A stretch of 28,054 nucleotides of DNA from a virus (Duplodnaviria > Caudoviricetes): IMG/VR virus record IMGVR_UViG_3300005611_000157, positions 1 through 28,054 of that record, one strand, 5' to 3'. Position numbers and translations under genes: made by a program. Position 1 is the stretch's first letter, and every line of letters begins with the position of its first letter. Below, one piece after another: positions 24,380 through 28,054 of this stretch. The notes beneath the pieces were generated by a model. The model saw nothing but the letters and a program-made list of their open reading frames with translations. It was not told where the DNA came from and made no database searches.

Positions 24380-24781
24380 ATGGTCAATATCTTCAAGAGC
24401 AGGATCTCCGACAAGGCCCGTGATGAGGGACGCTGGTTCACGTTCGTGGATGGCACGAAGTGGAAGTTGGCGTCGATGTCGAGTCCTGCTTTCGTTGAGT
24501 GCCTTGCGAAGCTCAGGGAGCCGCACGCCGGTCTGCTGGCGGCGGCTCCTGACAGCGAAGAGGCCAACAAGATTCGACACAAGTCGATGATCCAGGCCAT
24601 TGCCGAAGTGATCGTGAAGGACTGGAACGTCGAGGATGAGAAGGGGCCAATGTCCTGCAACCCGAAGAACATCCTTCGCATCCTCGAAGACAGCGGCTTT
24701 GACGCGCACACCGCGTTCGTCATTCGCAGCTGCTCTGACTCGATGCACTACACGGTCGCGAGGGTAGACTCGGGAAACTGA
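24380..24781 (+). CDS. Tail assembly chaperone (lambda gpG analogue)
   Basis: EGRWF...WKLAS...AIAEVIVKDWNV. Ends in the slippery sequence G GGA AAC TGA. Confidence 0.85.
   Translation: MVNIFKSRISDKARDEGRWFTFVDGTKWKLASMSSPAFVECLAKLREPHAGLLAAAPDSEEANKIRHKSMIQAIAEVIVKDWNVEDEKGPMSCNPKNILRILEDSGFDAHTAFVIRSCSDSMHYTVARVDSGN
24772..24778 (+). other. Programmed -1 ribosomal frameshift site GGGAAAC
   Basis: In-frame X XXY YYZ heptamer immediately before the stop. The -1 frame is open (LTRWLDWHMQH...) to 25107. Confidence 0.85.
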
Positions 24782-25107
24782 CTAGATGGCTCGATTGGCA
24801 CATGCAACATGCGCCGAACGGGCCATCTGACATCCGAGATTGGGCGGCTGCGACATACGCAGCGCCCCACCTTCACTCGCCGCTATCGTCCTATCCAAGC
24901 CTGCCGGATCACCTGATGCCGGTGGTCGAAGCTTGGATGACAATGCAAGGGCTGGAAGGCGGTATCAGGCCGTCAGATATCGTCGCCCATCTCGACGCTG
25001 TCGGTGTAGAATCACCAAGCGAGCGCCGGCGGATATACTTCGGGGTGATGGTCCTTGAAGGCAAGTCTCGGCAGCACCGCGCCCAGTCCATGCGGCAGAA
25101 GAACTGA
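24778..25107 (+). CDS. Tail chaperone frameshift extension (gpT part of a ~242-aa gpGT analogue)
   Basis: Open -1 frame containing PSLPDHLMPVVEAW...GGIRPSDIVAHLD. The stop overlaps the tape measure ATG. Confidence 0.8.
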   Translation: MTRWLDWHMQHAPNGPSDIRDWAAATYAAPHLHSPLSSYPSLPDHLMPVVEAWMTMQGLEGGIRPSDIVAHLDAVGVESPSERRRIYFGVMVLEGKSRQHRAQSMRQKN

Positions 25108-28054
25108 TGGCTGAGATCCGCGAAAGCATTGTCCTTGAGGTCAAGTCAGAGGGCGCGCAGCAGAGCGCGCAGCAGCTGACGTTTGCGTTTGACAAACTTT
25201 CAGACGAACTCGCCAACACAGAGAAGAAACTTGACGGGGCATCAAGTGCCAGCGATGAGCTATCAAGAGCTGAGAAGAAGCTTGGCGACGAAGCCGGCAA
25301 AGCCACCAAGGCAGTAAAGCAGCAGAGGGATGAGCTTGGTCGCTTTGTTGGCGGGGCCAACCAAGCAGGACGATCTCTTGATGTCTTCTCAAGGAGGTTC
25401 CGCGAGACAGCAAACAGAGCCAGAGAAGCCGTCGGCCCTCTGACTCGCATCGCGTCGCTGTTCGCCGGCGGCCTTGGTGTGCGGGCTGTCTCGGATAGCC
25501 TTGCCTCGTTTGATCGTGGTCTGTCGCAGGTCCAGGCCATCTCGCGCGCAACGGTGCCAGAGCTTGAGCGCATCAGGCAGGTATCGCTCGACCTCGGCGC
25601 CGCAACCAGCAAGTCAGCCAGCGAGGCGCTGCAAGGTGCTGTCGAGCTCGCGCGCGCTGGCTTCTCAGCTGTCGAAGTCCCGCAGGCTCTGCCGGCCACG
25701 CTCAACCTGTCGGTCACGGCCGGCCTTGACCTTGCGCGTGCGTCCGAGATCGCGGCGAACGCCATCCGTCAGTTCGCGCTGAACGCCGACGACACGGTGC
25801 GCGTGACCGACGCGCTGACCGTCGTCGCTAACAACGCAAGCACGGACGTTCAGCAGCTCGCCGATGCGCTCGGGTTCGCTGGTCCGTTGGCTGCGTCGTT
25901 CGGCCTTGACATTGAGCAGACGGCCGCAGCACTTGGTGCGATCAGCGACGGCGGCATCAAGGCGAGCCGCGCAGGCACCGGCCTTGCCGGCATCCTCCGG
26001 CGGTTGGTCGATCCGAGCAAGGAGGCCCGGCAGGAGTTCGATCGGATCGGCATCGCGATTCAGGATCTGGACCCGCGCACGAACGACTTCGCGAACGTCG
26101 TCGATCGTCTCGGCGAGGCATATCGGAACGGTGCCGACTTCACTCAGATCTTCGAGGCCGAGCAGATCGCGGCTGCGATCGTGCTGGCTCGTCTGGAGGA
26201 ACGCTACGACTCGCTGCTGACCAAGCAACGCGAGAGCACTGATGCTGCTGGCGAGCAGGCCGATGCGTTCGGTCGCGACCTGCAAGGTGCGTTCGATCGG
26301 TTCGGCTCGACGCTCGAAGCCATCACGCTGAAGGCTGGTGACCAGGGACTCGGGCTCGCGCTCAAGCAGGTCACTGAGTTCGGCATCGAGACGTTGCAGG
26401 TGCTGGGTGGGTTGGATGACTCCAGCCGAGACGTAAGCGATGGCGCGCAGCTGGCAGCGTCCGCAATTGAAGGCTTTGGCGCTGCACTTGGCGCACTGTT
26501 GGCTCTGTCTGGTGGAGCCGCGCTGATTGCTTCGCTTGCCAACCCGTTCGTAGCCGCCGCAGCCGCTGTCGGCGTGCTTGTGACTGCTGTCAGGAGTGCG
26601 TCGCGTGAGCTTGAAGAGCTGGAGCGGAGGTCTGTTGATGTCTCTAATTCGATTGAAACCGCAATCAAGAACTCGGCTGATTTTGCGGCAGAGCTTGAGA
26701 AGCTAGGTCGAATCGGAGGGCTTCGCTTTGAAGCTCAAACCGCTCAAGATACCGAGCGATTCCTGACGACGCTTATCAATCGCACAGTTCAGCTTGCTGA
26801 TGAAACAAGAAAGCTGGCAGCCGATCCAAGCGCGCGACTGATCGTCAACAGCTTCAGTGATCTCAACGCTCAGATTCAAAAAGCAGAAGATAACGTAGAG
26901 AAGCTTGAGCGTCAGCTTGAAGGTTTGCTTGATGTTGGTCCGCCGAGAGAGGAGTTTGGCGGCGAGCTTGATTTGTTCGTCAGACAAACCACTAAACTTC
27001 GAAAAGAGATAATAGATGCCAAGGCAGAGCTTGACATCCTTGTCGGTTCTGCCCGTCAATCCCGCGGAATAACTTTCATTCCGATCGGCGAAGATATCCG
27101 TATCATTGCCGAGCAGGCAGGTCTTCTTGACCAGCTTGCGGAAGCAGAGAAGCGAGCTACCGCTGGCGCAACCACGCTTGAAGATCGCACCAGCCTTCTT
27201 GACGAAGCACAGAAGCGACTTTCGGCAACGCTTGACCAAGTCAACGGAAAGAACCGCGAAGCAACCAAGGCAGCAACCGAAGCCGCGGTTGCAACCAACG
27301 CACAAGCCGAAGCCGCTAGGAACCTTGCCGATCAGCAGGCCCGTCAGCAGTTCGACGCATCCATCGCCAGCCTGCGAGAGCAGACTGCACTGATCGAGGA
27401 TCGCACCAAGGCACTCCGCGACGCCGGCGCCGAGCAGGGCCGCTTCCTTGATGTTCTGCGCGAGCAAGAGAACGAGGACGCGACGCGCGCTCTTGCCTTG
27501 CAGGAGATCGCACGGCTGGAATCGCAGAACGTTGAGATCACCGAAGAGCGGACGCAGGCCATCTTCGATCAGGCGGCCGCGCTTGTCGCCGCTCAGTCCG
27601 GTCAGCAGGCGCTGATCGAAGCCTTGCGCGACGAGTTCCGCGAGCGCGAGAAGCTGGACCGCGCAGCCGGGCGCGGTGCGTCGCGAGCTCGTGAGCGTGA
27701 CTTCGACGCCGAGCAGGCACAGCGCCGAGCCGCTCAGGCTCAAGAGCAAGCCGAAGCCATCGCACGCGGCCTTCAGCTTGAGGCACTGTCCTACAGCCGG
27801 ACCCGCGAGGAAGTCGAGCGCCTGCGGCTTGAAGAGCAGCTGCGTGGCATCGAAGTCTCGGAAAACCTCAAGGACGAGATCCGGCTGATCCAGCAGCAGA
27901 CGGAAGAGATCCGCGCCAGTCGCGAGGCCGCTGCTGCCATCGGGTCATCGCTTGCCGGCGGAGTCGGTGACGCGCTTCGCACTCTGCGAGAATCCGGCAG
28001 CGGTGCCGATGCGCTCATCGCTGGACTTCAGGGCGTCAGCGATCGGATCTTCCA
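25107..28054 (+). CDS. Tape measure protein, TP901 family (3' truncated by the window end; not in the ORF track)
   Basis: ATG 25107, translated by hand: MAEIRESIVLEVKSEGAQ...FDRGLSQVQAISRAT...LARAGFS...ALPATLNL...ANNASTDVQQLADAL...GIKASRAGTGL. No stop in the stretches I translated. Confidence 0.93.
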   Translation, partial: MAEIRESIVLEVKSEGAQQSAQQLTFAFDKLSDELANTEKKLDGASSASDELSRAEKKLGDEAGKATKAVKQQRDELGRFVGGANQAGRSLDVFSRRFRETANRAREAVGPLTRIASLFAGGLGVRAVSDSLASFDRGLSQVQAISRATVPELERIRQVSLDLGAATSKSASEALQGAVELARAGFSAVEVPQALPATLNLSVTAGLDLARASEIAANAIRQFALNADDTVRVTDALTVVANNASTDVQQLADALGFAGPLAASFGLDIEQTAAALGAISDGGIKASRAGTGLAGILRRLVDPSKEARQEFDRIGIAIQDLDPRTNDFANVVDRLGEAYRNGADFTQIFEAEQIAAAIVLARLEERYDSLLTKQRESTDAAGEQADAFGRDLQGAFDRFGSTLEAITLKAGDQGLGLALKQVTEFGIETLQVLGGLDDSSRDVSDGAQLAASAIEGFGAALGALLALSGGAALIASLANPFVAAAAAVGVLVTAVRSASRELEELERRSVDVSNSIETAIKNSADFAAELEKLGRIGGLRFEAQTAQDTERFLTTLINRTVQLADETRKLAADPSARLIVNSFSDLNAQIQKAEDNVEKLERQLEGLLDVGPPREEFGGELDLFVRQTTKLRKEIIDAKAELDILVGSARQSRGITFIPIGEDIRIIAEQAGLLDQLAEAEKRATAGATTLEDRTSLLDEAQKRLSATLDQVNGKNREATKAATEAAVATNAQAEAARNLADQQARQQFDASIASLREQTALIEDRTKALRDAGAEQGRFLDVLREQENEDATRALALQEIARLESQNVEITEERTQAIFDQAAALVAAQSGQQALIEALRDEFREREKLDRAAGRGASRARERDFDAEQAQRRAAQAQEQAEAIARGLQLEALSYSRTREEVERLRLEEQLRGIEVSENLKDEIRLIQQQTEEIRASREAAAAIGSSLAGGVGDALRTLRESGSGADALIAGLQGVSDRIF

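Larger units (their letters stand above)
1..28054. mobile_element. Tailed phage genome segment or prophage (Caudoviricetes, siphovirus-type morphogenesis module), incomplete at both ends
   Basis: Canonical order TerS-TerL-portal-MuF-scaffold-capsid-head/tail connectors-tail tube-frameshifting chaperone-tape measure. No sheath gene in the tail module. Divergent DNA-metabolism arm and many ATGA/TGATG start-stop overlaps. Confidence 0.97.

Noticed and set aside
1-28054. Stop-codon reassignment
   Set aside because: Genes are full length in the standard code, and TGA, TAA (terL, tail terminator, MazG-like) and TAG (MuF, terS) all serve as stops.

Overview
The window is a continuous, gene-dense segment of a high-GC tailed dsDNA phage genome (Caudoviricetes, siphovirus-type) or prophage. 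No host genes, integrase, tRNA, rRNA or CRISPR array are visible. The left arm is on the minus strand (6882 to 266). It encodes a small membrane protein, a low-GC degenerate RepA/AAA_25-like ATPase, an SNF2-type helicase, a beta-class N4/N6 DNA methyltransferase, a MazG-like protein, a tandem winged-helix protein, a RusA-like resolvase and a 666-aa protein of unknown function, and it converges on an XRE-type HTH gene. A roughly 900-bp non-coding divergence zone (6883-7801) holds a structured leader, nine ACCGTYYCA repeats, two DnaA boxes, an AT-rich tract and a large G/C hairpin, which together look like a replication origin. The right arm is on the plus strand. It runs DUF3310-like protein, metallophosphoesterase, TerS, TerL, a lipoprotein/holin-like trio, portal, MuF-like minor head, scaffold, P22-type coat, a 1023-aa FN3 plus tandem SGNH-esterase protein, head-tail genes, tail tube, tail chaperone with a -1 frameshift, and a TP901-type tape measure gene that runs off the window end and is missing from the ORF track. 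The most interesting signals are the dead-plus-active tandem esterase in the head module, the origin architecture beside a catalytically degenerate helicase, the 666-aa possible glycan-active protein, three apparently leaderless promoters, and strong avoidance of several restriction palindromes. All family calls come from motif recognition by eye, not database searches.
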